Origin: Candidatus Margulisiibacteriota bacterium
GTDB taxonomy: Bacteria > Margulisbacteria > Termititenacia > Termititenacales > Termititenacaceae
Assembly: GCA_031274525.1 (NCBI GenBank)
Contig: JAISQA010000077.1
Location: forward strand, 1,194 to 65,193
Length of the DNA: 64,000 bases
Direction of reading: 5' to 3'
In this document: positions 8,907 to 18,900 of the stretch, piece by piece
Layout of the letters: each line of letters begins with the position of its first letter
Position numbering within the stretch: the first letter of the stretch is position 1
Program-made: the position numbers and the translations under genes
The notes under the pieces: model-generated
The model's database searches: none
What the model was told of the DNA's origin: nothing
Seen by the model: only the letters and a program-made list of their open reading frames with translations

Positions 8907-11900
8907 GTGCAGAGGAAACAGATTGCTATTGTAGATTTGCTGCAAAAAGCCGCGCGCTTTCTGGCCAATCCGTTTGAGGAGGCGGTGAATTTTGCCGGGC
9001 TGCTGCGGCTGGATATTCCGGCGGCGGACAAGAGAGCTATTCTGGGCTTGAGCCTGAAATATAAGCAGTATGTGGAAACGCCTAAACAGACGGCGGGGCC
9101 GACGCAGTTAGCGCCGCGGCTGACGGAGCAGGAAAAAGAGGCCTATTATTTAGCTAATAAACAGCGCCAAACTGCGGCGGAAACCGCGCGGTACCGGAAG
9201 CTGCTGCGGGAAATTGCCCCGCTGCATGACCCGCTCCAGTATCTGGCTAAAGCGCAGGCCGCGGACTTTTCCGGTCTGGACGAATACGGCGCGGCGCTGG
9301 TGCGGCAGTTGATAGCATCCCGGCAGGCCATAGCGGCGCTGGATCAAAAACAAACCCGGAAGCAGGCTATAGTTTTTGTCTTTAGCGTGTACCGGGATAT
9401 TAACCGGCTGAAGAGGCCGACAGAAACTTTTACCGGAGAAAATTTTCTGGAAGTGAAGTGCCGGCAGCTGGCTTATCTTTTCCATGACATGCGCTATTTT
9501 GACTGGCGGCTTCTGATCGCGGAGGATGAAGCCTGCGCGGAGCCGGACAAAAGCACCGTCGAGGCGATCAACCGCCTGCTGGACAATCCCTTTCACTTGA
9601 GCCGTTTTGCTCCTAAAGTGCAGACATTTTTTCCGGAGGATTTGCTGCCGGAGCTGGAGCAGTATCAGAAACGTTCCGGAATTTTTAAGAGTATTTTTGA
9701 CGCGGCTGAGCCCCGGGAGCGGGCCAGACTTTTCACCGAAGCCAGTCATAAAGGCGGCATGATCCATTTGCTTTTGCGCAAAGCTCTGACTTACCGGCCG
9801 GCAGCCGTTGTTTATACGGACAGCGACACTTCGCATGATCTGGGGGTCAGCGGTTTGCTGCTAAAGGAATTGTACTCCGGCCGGGCCGACGCGGTGATCG
9901 CTTCCCGGCGTGTCCCCGGCGCGGTGGTAGCCAATAAATCCAGAGAACGCGAGCTTTATTCCGCCGGTTATCACCTGCTGGCGGAAACTTTATTTGGTCT
10001 GGGTATTAAAGACACGCAGTCCGGTTTAAAGGCGCTGCGCCCGCAGGCTGTGGAGACGGTACAGTCCCGGCTAACGGAGCTGGGCATGAGTTTTGAGGTA
10101 GAGCTACTGAAGCTGCTGAAAAAAGACGGCTGGACGATCGAAGAAATACCGGCAGTCTGGCGGGACTCCCCCTATGAATCCAAATCGTCCGATCAGGCAC
10201 AGGCGATGGCCGCAGGCCTGCTGCGTGTTTATAGAGAAATTTACCGCCCGGAGACAACGGCTGAATTGCCGGTTGATTTGCCGGCGCGGCTGCAGGCCGA
10301 GCCGGAATATCCGGCCCTGCGCCGGCTGGCGGAAGATCCGGAATTGACCGCTTTTACCAGAAACAGCTTCCGGTTATTTTCCGCGGTGCAGGTGAAAGAC
10401 TTCCGGGATTTTCTGCGGCAGGCCCAGCTGTTCATTGAGCGGCTGGCCTACAATCACGACGCGATCACGCAGGCCAGTCTGGAAGAGCTGCTGGCCGCGG
10501 GACGCCGCTGTTTCGCTATTTTACGCCGGCGCAAATTGTTCGGTTTTCTGGCCGGTAATTATCCTGACCTGGGGCCGGTGCTGGAATTACTCCGCAAAGA
10601 CCGTAAATATCTGAAAATTATTTTTCCCCTGTTTTTTGGCCGCAATATTATCAGCGCTTTGCTGGGCGTGGACGGCGCGGCAGCGCTACAGCGGAAGGAA
10701 ACCCTGTCCGGCTGGCTGGCTCATTATGCGGCGGATATTCAGGCCGTCCGCAGCTTCAAACCGGCGCCGCTGGTCAGGCAGGAATATACTCCCCGCCAGT
10801 TAGAGCGCATAGCCGCTGCGGCGCTTTCCCTGCGGAATACCCTGCCCGGACGGGAGAGACCGCTCCAGATCGGGCTGGCGCTTTTGCATAATCGTAAAAT
10901 AGATAAAACCGCGCTGGAGATCCTGCGCACGCAGGTGCAGGATCTGAGCCGTTACATTCAAGATCTGCCCCAGCTACAGTTTGAGCTGCTCATCGCCGGC
11001 GCCGATAAACACCGGCTGACCCCGGCCGAGGAGCAGAGCCATCTAAAAAGCCTGAACACAGCGCAGATCCGGGTGTCTTATCTGCCGGTCAGCGACGATT
11101 TTGAAAAAGGCAAATTTATCCGTTATACCTGGAATGTGCTGGACCACCAGCGTACCCTATCCGCCACGGAACGGGGTAACGCACAGTATTATGCTCCGGA
11201 TCTGCTGGCTTTTATGGATTATTCTTACAAGATCAGCATTCTGGAAACGCTGCCCATGCTGGCCTGGGTTATGGAAAATTACCGCAATCCCGAAGACGCG
11301 GTGCTCATCGGCTCCCGCCGGCTGGACTTGAGTGAAGTTCTGCATAAATCGCAGGCGCTGGAACTGCGCAGCATGGCCCTGAATATACTGGTCAAAAGTT
11401 TATTTCCCAAACTGCACGGCGTGGAGGACACCCAGACCGGCCTGAAAATAGTCGGGCGGAATGTCTGGCATAGAGTGGATGCAACACCATGGTCGGCTGA
11501 CGGCTACGGCTGGGAAATAGAGCTGCTCAACAAAATAGCGGTCATTTATGACCGGGATAAAGAATTTAAGGAACGGGTGGACAGGCTGGCGGCCCTGCCG
11601 GCCAAACATGAAAAGTTGCTCAAGAAGCTGCTGAACGAATCATTCTGGACAGCGGAAAATCCCGGCAGGGCTGGCCGGGACGCGCTGGCGCAGAGCGTAG
11701 CGCGGTATAAAAAAATTATCCGGGATTTGCAGAAAGAAACTTTCTGGACAACGCAGAATAATATGCCCGCGGTGGATGCGCTGCTGGGCCAGCTGTATTC
11801 GGCCGCGCAGGACTACGACCGCATTATTCAAGAGCTGCTCGAGGCGCTTGACCCGGCAGTCCACGGGCCGGCCCTCAACGATTTGTTTCAGGAAACCTCC

Positions 11901-14618
11901 TGGGCCGCGGAAACCTGGTACCTGATCGCCAAAATAAAAAATAACAGCGCTTTACCGGAAGTCATCAAAGAAATGCCGGTGGCTTTTGATGACAATACCA
12001 GCCAGCTGAATATTACCTCCAGCGAGCAAGTGATCTGGAATGTGCTGGAGGAAATGCTCAAAATTCTGGCGCAGACCGCGGATTATACCTACTATGACCG
12101 GAGTAATGAACTGCGCTTTATCGCCGGCGGAGCCGACGGCATGGTGTTTGAGTACCGGAACAAAGTGGTCAAAATACCTAACGAAAACTTTGATGTGGAT
12201 TTTTATGATGTGCTGAAGAATCTGCTCCTGCCCGGCCAAAAAATCATGCAGCGGCACGAATACGCTCAGCGTTTGGTCGAACATACGCTGATCGATAAAC
12301 TGACGGCTCAGCCGGCGCTGGACAGATTGATCCCGCATCTGCGCGCCTGGCCGGAAGCCAATAGTTTTATTCTGCGGCTGATTGCTCTGCTGGAAAATAA
12401 AGATTTTAAATCTTCCGGCTATCCGCTGGCTTTTGCCCGCGGACAGGGGTTGATCATTCCTATGTCCCGGCAGGAAGAACCTTTTCAGGCCGTTTATCGA
12501 GGCCGGACTTATCACTTTACCCGGGAAGATAATATTCTGGTCATGGCCAAGGCCGAAGTGCTGAGGAACAGACTGCGCGAGATTATTATTAAGAACGATC
12601 TGCCCGGCTTCCGATCCCTGCTCAAAGATGTGACGGATTTGATGCGCAGGCTGTGGAGGCGCGGTTTGTTCGATATGGACACCAATATTATCGCGGATCT
12701 GGGCTATTACAAAGGGAAGCTGTACCTGCTGGATCCCGGGGAGATTATCGACAATCCGGGTCTGGATATTTTGCAACATTCAAAAGAATATCTTACCCGC
12801 CGCACAGACTACATAGAATTGCGCGGCCTGCTGTCCGGGACTGCGCAGGCCAAAATAATGCTGGGGGAATACCGCAGTCAGATGTACGGCTTGTTCGATT
12901 ATATGCTTGCCGATCTGGAACAGGGCGGCAAGTATTTTAATTCAGATAAGGGTGATTTTCACCTGCAAAATGTAGCCATTATTCAGGAGGAATATACTCC
13001 GGTTACGGATTACCGCGGAATTAAACAGCATTATCTGTTTCTCTCCAGAGCCGGAGTGAATAAAAGATACACGCCTTTTCGGGAGCATCTGCCCCTGATC
13101 AAGGCTCAGCCGCTGGCGGACATCGCGTATCTTTCCAATCCCGGCGACGCGCAGGTGAAGCAGGTTCTGGATTATGAGGCTCTGCAAAAACCCTTTAAAG
13201 GAAATGTTTTGTACGCGGAGCGGGGCGGCCAGGGCTTTCGGGCAGGTTTATTGAGCCTGGCTGCCGGCGGCAAAGAATATATTGCTTTCAACGGCAGGCC
13301 GTTGATCAAATGGGTCATGGGCAGCAATGCGGCGCTGGTCAGAGAGCTGCACAGTCCCGACACGGCGGATCCGCTGCTGATTATCGCTTCTATAGATAAT
13401 TATATGGATTACCGTCAGGAAGATATTGACCGCATAAATCAGTATTTTGCCCTGCCGGAAGCGCCGGGCGCCTTTTTTTATGATCTGCCGGCTTACAGCC
13501 ACGCCGAAAGAATGCCGGAGACTCTGGGCGCAATGGCGCATTATTTCAAGACCTCGAAAGTTTTTTGGCGGGATTATAGATATTTCATAGACAGCATTCC
13601 TTTTATAGCCGGTTTTGCCCGGCGTAAAAATAATCTGTCCGAGACCATCTTAAAAGCCGCTCTGACTAACTGGCGGGCTTTTTATGGCTCCCCGGAGCAG
13701 GCCAGGCAGGACGGGGGGGGGGGGGGTATGCCTTTTGCCACCCAGACAGCGGCCCTGCTGAAACGTTTTATTTTGTATGCTTCCAATCAAAAAAGAGGCA
13801 TCAAAGCCCCGTACACGCTCATTTTCAGACAGTCTTTTCTCCAGGATTTACGGGAAAGCATCGGGCCTAAAATACCGGATTATGCCGGACACGAGCTTAC
13901 CTGGTTCAATCTGCTGTGCGCCTGGAAATATGATCCGGCCCTATGGAGCATGCTCAAGCCCCGGCTGCTGAGCGCCGCCGTCTGGCAGGATATTTATGAG
14001 ACGATGCGCAGGCTGGCCGTCAAACATCATATTGATCTGTCCGATCATCAGCAGAATAAGCTCCGGGTTTTTTACGGCGACTGGGCGGCTCTGGATAATC
14101 CTTTTTATGATATTGTGAAATTTTTCAAACGCAACAGCGCCAGGCTCGGAAACACGCCCATTTATGTGGAAAAAAGATTTTTGGCGCCGCGCAGCAGCGA
14201 AAATGAGCAGCGCCGGGAAAACCTGTTTACGCCCGCTTACTATGCCAGAATAATTGAAAATTGTGAAAACAATGATGTGGTTATTGTAGGCAATCCGGGA
14301 TACATTAAAGGCCGGATTAAAATTACGGCGCAGGATTTCCGTTTGCAGCAGTCCCAGCGCAAAACCCTCCTGTACGAAGTCAGCCTGCCGCCGGGCTATG
14401 TCATCGAGGTGCCGAAAAATCATATGCTGGTGCAGTTAACCGATCCGGATAAAACGCGCCATTATTATTCGATGACCCTGCGCCCGTTATCCCGCACGGA
14501 TCTCGCTAAAGAAATGGTTTACCGTTATGAGCTGGCGGAAAACAGCACTACCTATACGCCCCGGAAATACCAGCCCTACGAAGAATTTTTTAACGAACGC
14601 TTCCGGAGCCAGCGCTAA
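8907..14618 (+). CDS. giant (1903 aa) multidomain protein with two GT2 (GT-A fold) glycosyltransferase modules, a protein-kinase-like motif set and about 700 aa of unassigned C-terminal sequence
   Basis: GTG start with GAGAGGG Shine-Dalgarno. First GT2 module, around nt 9350-10200: IVFVFSVYRD..LLIAEDEACAEPDKST..VVYTDSDTSHD..IKDTQSGLKAL. Second, degenerate GT2 module, around nt 11000-11550: ends with VEDTQTGLKIV. Kinase-like motifs, around nt 12110-12750: Gly-loop-like IAGGADGMVFEYRNKVVKIP, later DMDTNIIADLGYY..LLDPGE resembling HxD..N/DFG. No transmembrane segment is evident. The recognisable motifs are on this strand, so the antisense ORFs in the track are rejected. Confidence 0.7.
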   Translation: MQRKQIAIVDLLQKAARFLANPFEEAVNFAGLLRLDIPAADKRAILGLSLKYKQYVETPKQTAGPTQLAPRLTEQEKEAYYLANKQRQTAAETARYRKLLREIAPLHDPLQYLAKAQAADFSGLDEYGAALVRQLIASRQAIAALDQKQTRKQAIVFVFSVYRDINRLKRPTETFTGENFLEVKCRQLAYLFHDMRYFDWRLLIAEDEACAEPDKSTVEAINRLLDNPFHLSRFAPKVQTFFPEDLLPELEQYQKRSGIFKSIFDAAEPRERARLFTEASHKGGMIHLLLRKALTYRPAAVVYTDSDTSHDLGVSGLLLKELYSGRADAVIASRRVPGAVVANKSRERELYSAGYHLLAETLFGLGIKDTQSGLKALRPQAVETVQSRLTELGMSFEVELLKLLKKDGWTIEEIPAVWRDSPYESKSSDQAQAMAAGLLRVYREIYRPETTAELPVDLPARLQAEPEYPALRRLAEDPELTAFTRNSFRLFSAVQVKDFRDFLRQAQLFIERLAYNHDAITQASLEELLAAGRRCFAILRRRKLFGFLAGNYPDLGPVLELLRKDRKYLKIIFPLFFGRNIISALLGVDGAAALQRKETLSGWLAHYAADIQAVRSFKPAPLVRQEYTPRQLERIAAAALSLRNTLPGRERPLQIGLALLHNRKIDKTALEILRTQVQDLSRYIQDLPQLQFELLIAGADKHRLTPAEEQSHLKSLNTAQIRVSYLPVSDDFEKGKFIRYTWNVLDHQRTLSATERGNAQYYAPDLLAFMDYSYKISILETLPMLAWVMENYRNPEDAVLIGSRRLDLSEVLHKSQALELRSMALNILVKSLFPKLHGVEDTQTGLKIVGRNVWHRVDATPWSADGYGWEIELLNKIAVIYDRDKEFKERVDRLAALPAKHEKLLKKLLNESFWTAENPGRAGRDALAQSVARYKKIIRDLQKETFWTTQNNMPAVDALLGQLYSAAQDYDRIIQELLEALDPAVHGPALNDLFQETSWAAETWYLIAKIKNNSALPEVIKEMPVAFDDNTSQLNITSSEQVIWNVLEEMLKILAQTADYTYYDRSNELRFIAGGADGMVFEYRNKVVKIPNENFDVDFYDVLKNLLLPGQKIMQRHEYAQRLVEHTLIDKLTAQPALDRLIPHLRAWPEANSFILRLIALLENKDFKSSGYPLAFARGQGLIIPMSRQEEPFQAVYRGRTYHFTREDNILVMAKAEVLRNRLREIIIKNDLPGFRSLLKDVTDLMRRLWRRGLFDMDTNIIADLGYYKGKLYLLDPGEIIDNPGLDILQHSKEYLTRRTDYIELRGLLSGTAQAKIMLGEYRSQMYGLFDYMLADLEQGGKYFNSDKGDFHLQNVAIIQEEYTPVTDYRGIKQHYLFLSRAGVNKRYTPFREHLPLIKAQPLADIAYLSNPGDAQVKQVLDYEALQKPFKGNVLYAERGGQGFRAGLLSLAAGGKEYIAFNGRPLIKWVMGSNAALVRELHSPDTADPLLIIASIDNYMDYRQEDIDRINQYFALPEAPGAFFYDLPAYSHAERMPETLGAMAHYFKTSKVFWRDYRYFIDSIPFIAGFARRKNNLSETILKAALTNWRAFYGSPEQARQDGGGGGMPFATQTAALLKRFILYASNQKRGIKAPYTLIFRQSFLQDLRESIGPKIPDYAGHELTWFNLLCAWKYDPALWSMLKPRLLSAAVWQDIYETMRRLAVKHHIDLSDHQQNKLRVFYGDWAALDNPFYDIVKFFKRNSARLGNTPIYVEKRFLAPRSSENEQRRENLFTPAYYARIIENCENNDVVIVGNPGYIKGRIKITAQDFRLQQSQRKTLLYEVSLPPGYVIEVPKNHMLVQLTDPDKTRHYYSMTLRPLSRTDLAKEMVYRYELAENSTTYTPRKYQPYEEFFNERFRSQR
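13713..13726 (+). repeat. G14 homopolymeric tract inside the giant CDS (encodes DGGGGGM)
   Basis: Direct count of 14 consecutive G at 13713-13726. It is in frame as sequenced. Confidence 0.9.
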
Positions 14619-14723
14619 CTTCGCGCCCGCGGGCTGGTGGCCGAGCGCGTATTTCCCTGCGCGAACTCATTCAGCAGGTGCAGATTGACAATCCGCCGTT
14701 TTTCGCCGAAAATTTCCGGCAGA

Positions 14724-14915
14724 ATGAAAACACTGGATTGTGCCTGCCCGAATACCGACTGCGCAGATCACGGCGAATGTTCGGCCTGCGTTGCCAAACA
14801 CAGAGCCGCAGACAGCCTGACTTATTGTTTTTTTCCGAACAATGACGGCGACAAAAGTTTAGAAAATTTTTATCATCATTTAGAAAAACGTTTTACAAAG
14901 GAGACCGCAGAATGA
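14724..14915 (+). CDS. small cysteine-rich protein (CxCPx3Cx2HGxCx2C motif; putative metal-binding 'zf-like' domain)
   Basis: MKTLDCACPNTDCADHGECSACVAKH.. with 63 aa from the internal ATG. Its stop TGA overlaps the efp ATG (ATGA), which implies translational coupling. The start is uncertain and the ORF extends upstream to 14637. Confidence 0.4.
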   Translation: MKTLDCACPNTDCADHGECSACVAKHRAADSLTYCFFPNNDGDKSLENFYHHLEKRFTKETAE

Positions 14916-15478
14916 AAGAAGCTATCGACTGCAAACCCGGGCAGATTATCAAAAAAGACGGACAGCTCTTTGTCGTGATGAGCTGGTACCCGCACAAAAT
15001 CGGCGACCGCGGCGGCATCGTGGTGGATATGAAGCTCAAAAATCTGGACACCGGAAATATTTCCATGGTGCAGCCCCGCTCTCAGGACAAATTTGACGAT
15101 GTGGTGCTGGAACGCAAACAGGTGCAGTATTCCTATCAAGACGGCGAGATGTACGTGTTTATGGACAGGGCAACCTTTGACCAGATCTCCATCAATAAAG
15201 ATTTGATCGGCGATAATTTAGGTTTTTTAAGAGAAAACATGGAGCTGGATATTTTTTTCCACGAAGGCCGGGCTGTCTCTGTCGTATTCCCGACTTTTGT
15301 CGAAATGGAGATCAGCTATACCGAGAATGTGGCGCGCGGCGACACCTCCGGCAAAGTGATGAAGAAGGCCCAGCTGGAAAACTCCGGCTACGAGATAGAC
15401 GTGCCCAGCTTTTGCAATATCGGCGACAAAATAAAGATCGACACGCGCACGCAGGAGTACGTCGAAAGAGTAAAATAA
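14912..15478 (+). CDS. efp: elongation factor P
   Basis: Full-length similarity to EF-P, including the conserved C-terminal RGDTSGKVMKKAQLENSG...IDTRTQEYVERVK. The loop sequence HKIGDRGG replaces the common KPGKG motif. Confidence 0.9.
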   Translation: MKEAIDCKPGQIIKKDGQLFVVMSWYPHKIGDRGGIVVDMKLKNLDTGNISMVQPRSQDKFDDVVLERKQVQYSYQDGEMYVFMDRATFDQISINKDLIGDNLGFLRENMELDIFFHEGRAVSVVFPTFVEMEISYTENVARGDTSGKVMKKAQLENSGYEIDVPSFCNIGDKIKIDTRTQEYVERVK

Positions 15479-15707
15479 GCGGTTTAATCAGCGTCCAGCT
15501 TGTCAGAAACCGCCGCAGTTGCTATACTTTTTGCCTGTTTTTGCGGGCTTAGCTAACGGCGCTACGCTTGTGAAATTTGACGCACTTCACTGTCGCTTGC
15601 GACCGAGCCTGTATACCTATCAGGCGAGGAAGTCCTAGTGCGCAAAGGCGCACGGAGGTGAAGTTCAGGGCAGTTGGCAGTCTGTGTAGAATATGTGCTT
15701 CGTTTCT

Positions 15708-15783
15708 GCGGGCTTAGCTCAGTTGGTAGAGCGCGACCTTGCCAAGGTCGAGGTCGTCGGTTCGAGCCCGATAGCCCGCTCCA
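15708..15783 (+). tRNA. tRNA-Gly (anticodon GCC)
   Basis: Cloverleaf with 7-bp acceptor stem GCGGGCT/AGCCCGC, D-loop AGTTGGTAGAGC, anticodon stem-loop CGACC-TTGCCAA-GGTCG, T-arm GTCGG-TTCGAGC-CCGAT and encoded CCA. It is close to E. coli tRNA-Gly(GCC). Confidence 0.9.
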
Positions 15784-15918
15784 AATCACAAATAACGTTC
15801 ATAATTTAAAAAACAGTCTGTACAATTAGGCCGCCACAAACACTTTGCATAGCCTTAATGGAACATAAGCAAAATGTTTTCCCAACATTGATAATTTAAT
15901 GCTAAAATTATTTTATAT

Positions 15919-18900
15919 ATGGACAAAGCCGCCGCTAAACAAAGTATAGCCGAACTGGTCAGAAGATTTGGCGAAAACATAGCTTCCTATAAAAACGGTG
16001 TGTATAACGAAACTCAAACTAGAAGAGAATTTATCGACCCGTTCTTTGAAGCACTGGGCTGGGATGTGGATAATAAACAGGGCCTGGCGGAAGCCTACAA
16101 AGAAGTAATCCACGAATATAAAATAGATAATGTCAAACAGGATTTTCGCCAGTCACCGGATTATTGTTTTACTATCTACGGGCAGGAAAAATTTTTTGTC
16201 GAGGCCAAGAAACCCAGCGTAAATATCAAACAGGATGTCGCTCCAGCCTATCAGGTGAGAAGTTATGCGTGGAGCGCCGGACTGCCTATCTCTATTGTTA
16301 CCGATTTTGAGGAATTTGCGGTATATGACTGTGTGCCAAAACCCAATGCCAGAGACAAAGTGGAAACGGCGAGAATTGAATACCTGACTTTTAGAGAATA
16401 TATCGATAAATTCGATTTTCTCTGGGACACCTTCTCCAAAGAGCGGGTCTTGCAGGGCAGTTTTGATAAATATGTTGCCGCAGATAAAGGCAATCGCGGC
16501 AAAGAAACTGTCGGCAGGGAATTTCTAAAACTTATTGAGGAATGGCGCAGAAGCTTGGCCAATAACATCGCCGCTAATAATGACCTGTCCGATGAGGAGC
16601 TGAATTATGCTGTTCAGCAGACTATCGACAGGATAATTTTTTTGATTATCTGCGAAGATAGAAAAATTGAACCAGCCAATAGGTTAAAAGAATTAGCCGA
16701 AACCCCCAATATCTATAAAAATCTTTTCCGGCTTTTTAGCGAGGCAGACGAAAAATATAATTCCGGTCTGTTCGATTTCCGCAAAGACACTATTTCTGCC
16801 AGAATTGTTATTGATGATAAAAAATTAAAAACTCTGCTGGACGATTTATATAATAGCCCGTATCAGTTTTCGCGGATACCTGTTGAAATACTGGGCAGTG
16901 TGTACGAGCAATTTTTGGGTAAAGTTATCCGCAAAACCAAGACTGCGGCGGTCATTGACGATAAGCCGGAAGTAAAAGTCGCCGGCGGTGTTTTTTACAC
17001 GCCGCAATATGTGGTGAACTACATTGTCAGAAATACTGTTGGCACTGTTATCAGCGGCAAAACTCCGGCGGAAATAAGCAGGATAAAAATAGTTGACCCG
17101 GCCTGCGGCAGCGGCTCTTTTCTGATCGGCGCGTATAAATATCTGCTGGACTATCACCAAAAATATTATCTGGACAATCCGAAAAAAAACAGTCCGTTGA
17201 CCCCGGCCGGAGAACTGACCACAGCGGAAAAGAAAAGGATTTTGCTGAACAATCTCTACGGCGTGGACATCGACGCGCAGGCGGTGGAAGTAACCAAACT
17301 GAGTTTGTTATTGCAGGCTCTGGACGGCGAGACAGAGGCATCCATTAACACCCAATTATCTTTGCTCAAAGAACGGGTTTTGCCCACGCTGGACAATAAC
17401 ATCAAGTGCGGAAATTCGCTGGTCTCCAACGAGGGAACACTTTTTACAGTGGATAATTCGGTGAAGCCATTCGATTGGAAAATAAATTTTCCGGCAGTTT
17501 TCGCGCAGGCCGACCGCCAATGCGGCCGGCACGCCATCGCGGGCAGAGAATGTCCCGCTCGGCAGGGCGGCTTTGATATTGTCATCGGCAATCCGCCGTA
17601 TGTCAAAGAATACACAGCCAGAACCGCTTTTGAGCCGGTGAAAAATTCACATCTGGCCAGATATTATCAGGGCAAAATGGATTTATGGTATTTCTTTGTC
17701 TGCTGGGGATTGGATATTCTGAAAGAAAAAGGCCTCTTGAGTTTTATCGCGCCGAGCAACTGGATAACCAATGCCGGAGCTTCGATATTGCGGAATAAAG
17801 TTCTAACTGAAACAGAAATACAGAGATATTTTGATTTTAATGATTATAAAGTCTTTGAAAATGCTGGTATTCAGACAATGATATTCTGTTTGCAAAAGAA
17901 AACACCGCGCAGACAATATGCTTTTACATACAATAAGGTTACAGATAAAAAAATCGATGAGACTGCGTTAAAAAATGTGCTTATGGGCAGTGAAAAAAAT
18001 CCGGCTATTGAACAAGTGAAAATAAGAGTCCAGCCGGAAATAATGAAAGATAGACTGATTGCTTTTGTTGATGCAAGTATTGATGAAATATTAGAGAAAA
18101 TCATTAAAGCGAGTAATTATTTACTTACTGAAAAAAATGTCGCGCAAGGTATTGTTTGCCCACAAGATTTTGTTATAAAGAAACACTTAGAAGAATTGAA
18201 AAATTCAAGCATAAAAGAAAAAGATGGTGTTTTTATAATATCTTCTGAAGAGCTTCGAAAGCTTAAATTATCAAGCGCAGAAAGAAAAATTATTAAGCCA
18301 TATTATACTACTGAACAATTACACAACTATTATGGTGATGACAAAAACATATCGTGGGTGATTTATTCAGATATGAATGTAAGAAAGAATATTAAAGATT
18401 ATCCTAATATAAAAGCTCATCTTGATAAATATAAAAAGATTATAACTTCTGATTTTGCGCCTTATGGCTTGCACAGAGCAAGAGAACAGGCGTTTTTTGA
18501 GGGTAAAAAAATAATCTCTTTGCGTAAGACTGCCCGACCTTGTTTTACTTATACGGATTTTCCCTGTTATGTTTCGCAAACCTATTTTTCTATCAAACCA
18601 CAGGATATAAACTTGAAATATCTAACAGGCTTGCTTAACTCCTCGCTGGTTAATTTCTGGCTTTATCACAAAGGCAAAAAACAGGGTGAACAGTTGCAGG
18701 TCGACAAAGAGCCTCTGCTACAAATACCTATCGTAAAAACTGATGATAAGCAGGTAGAAAACACCATAATTAAATGCGTGGATGAGATTATCGCATTGAA
18801 AAAACAGCTGCAGGGTGTTTCGCTGGCAAATCAGAAAGAGCAGATAGAAAATAGGATTAAGTTTTTGGAGAATAGGATTGATGAGGTGGTTTTCAAGTTA

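Noticed and set aside
9150-14423. Several 160-275-aa minus-strand ORFs (9150..9836, 11952..12779, 13941..14423) inside the giant gene
   Set aside because: The plus strand carries the recognisable GT2 motifs and an uninterrupted 5.7-kb frame. The minus frames are Arg/Gln-rich and have no motifs.
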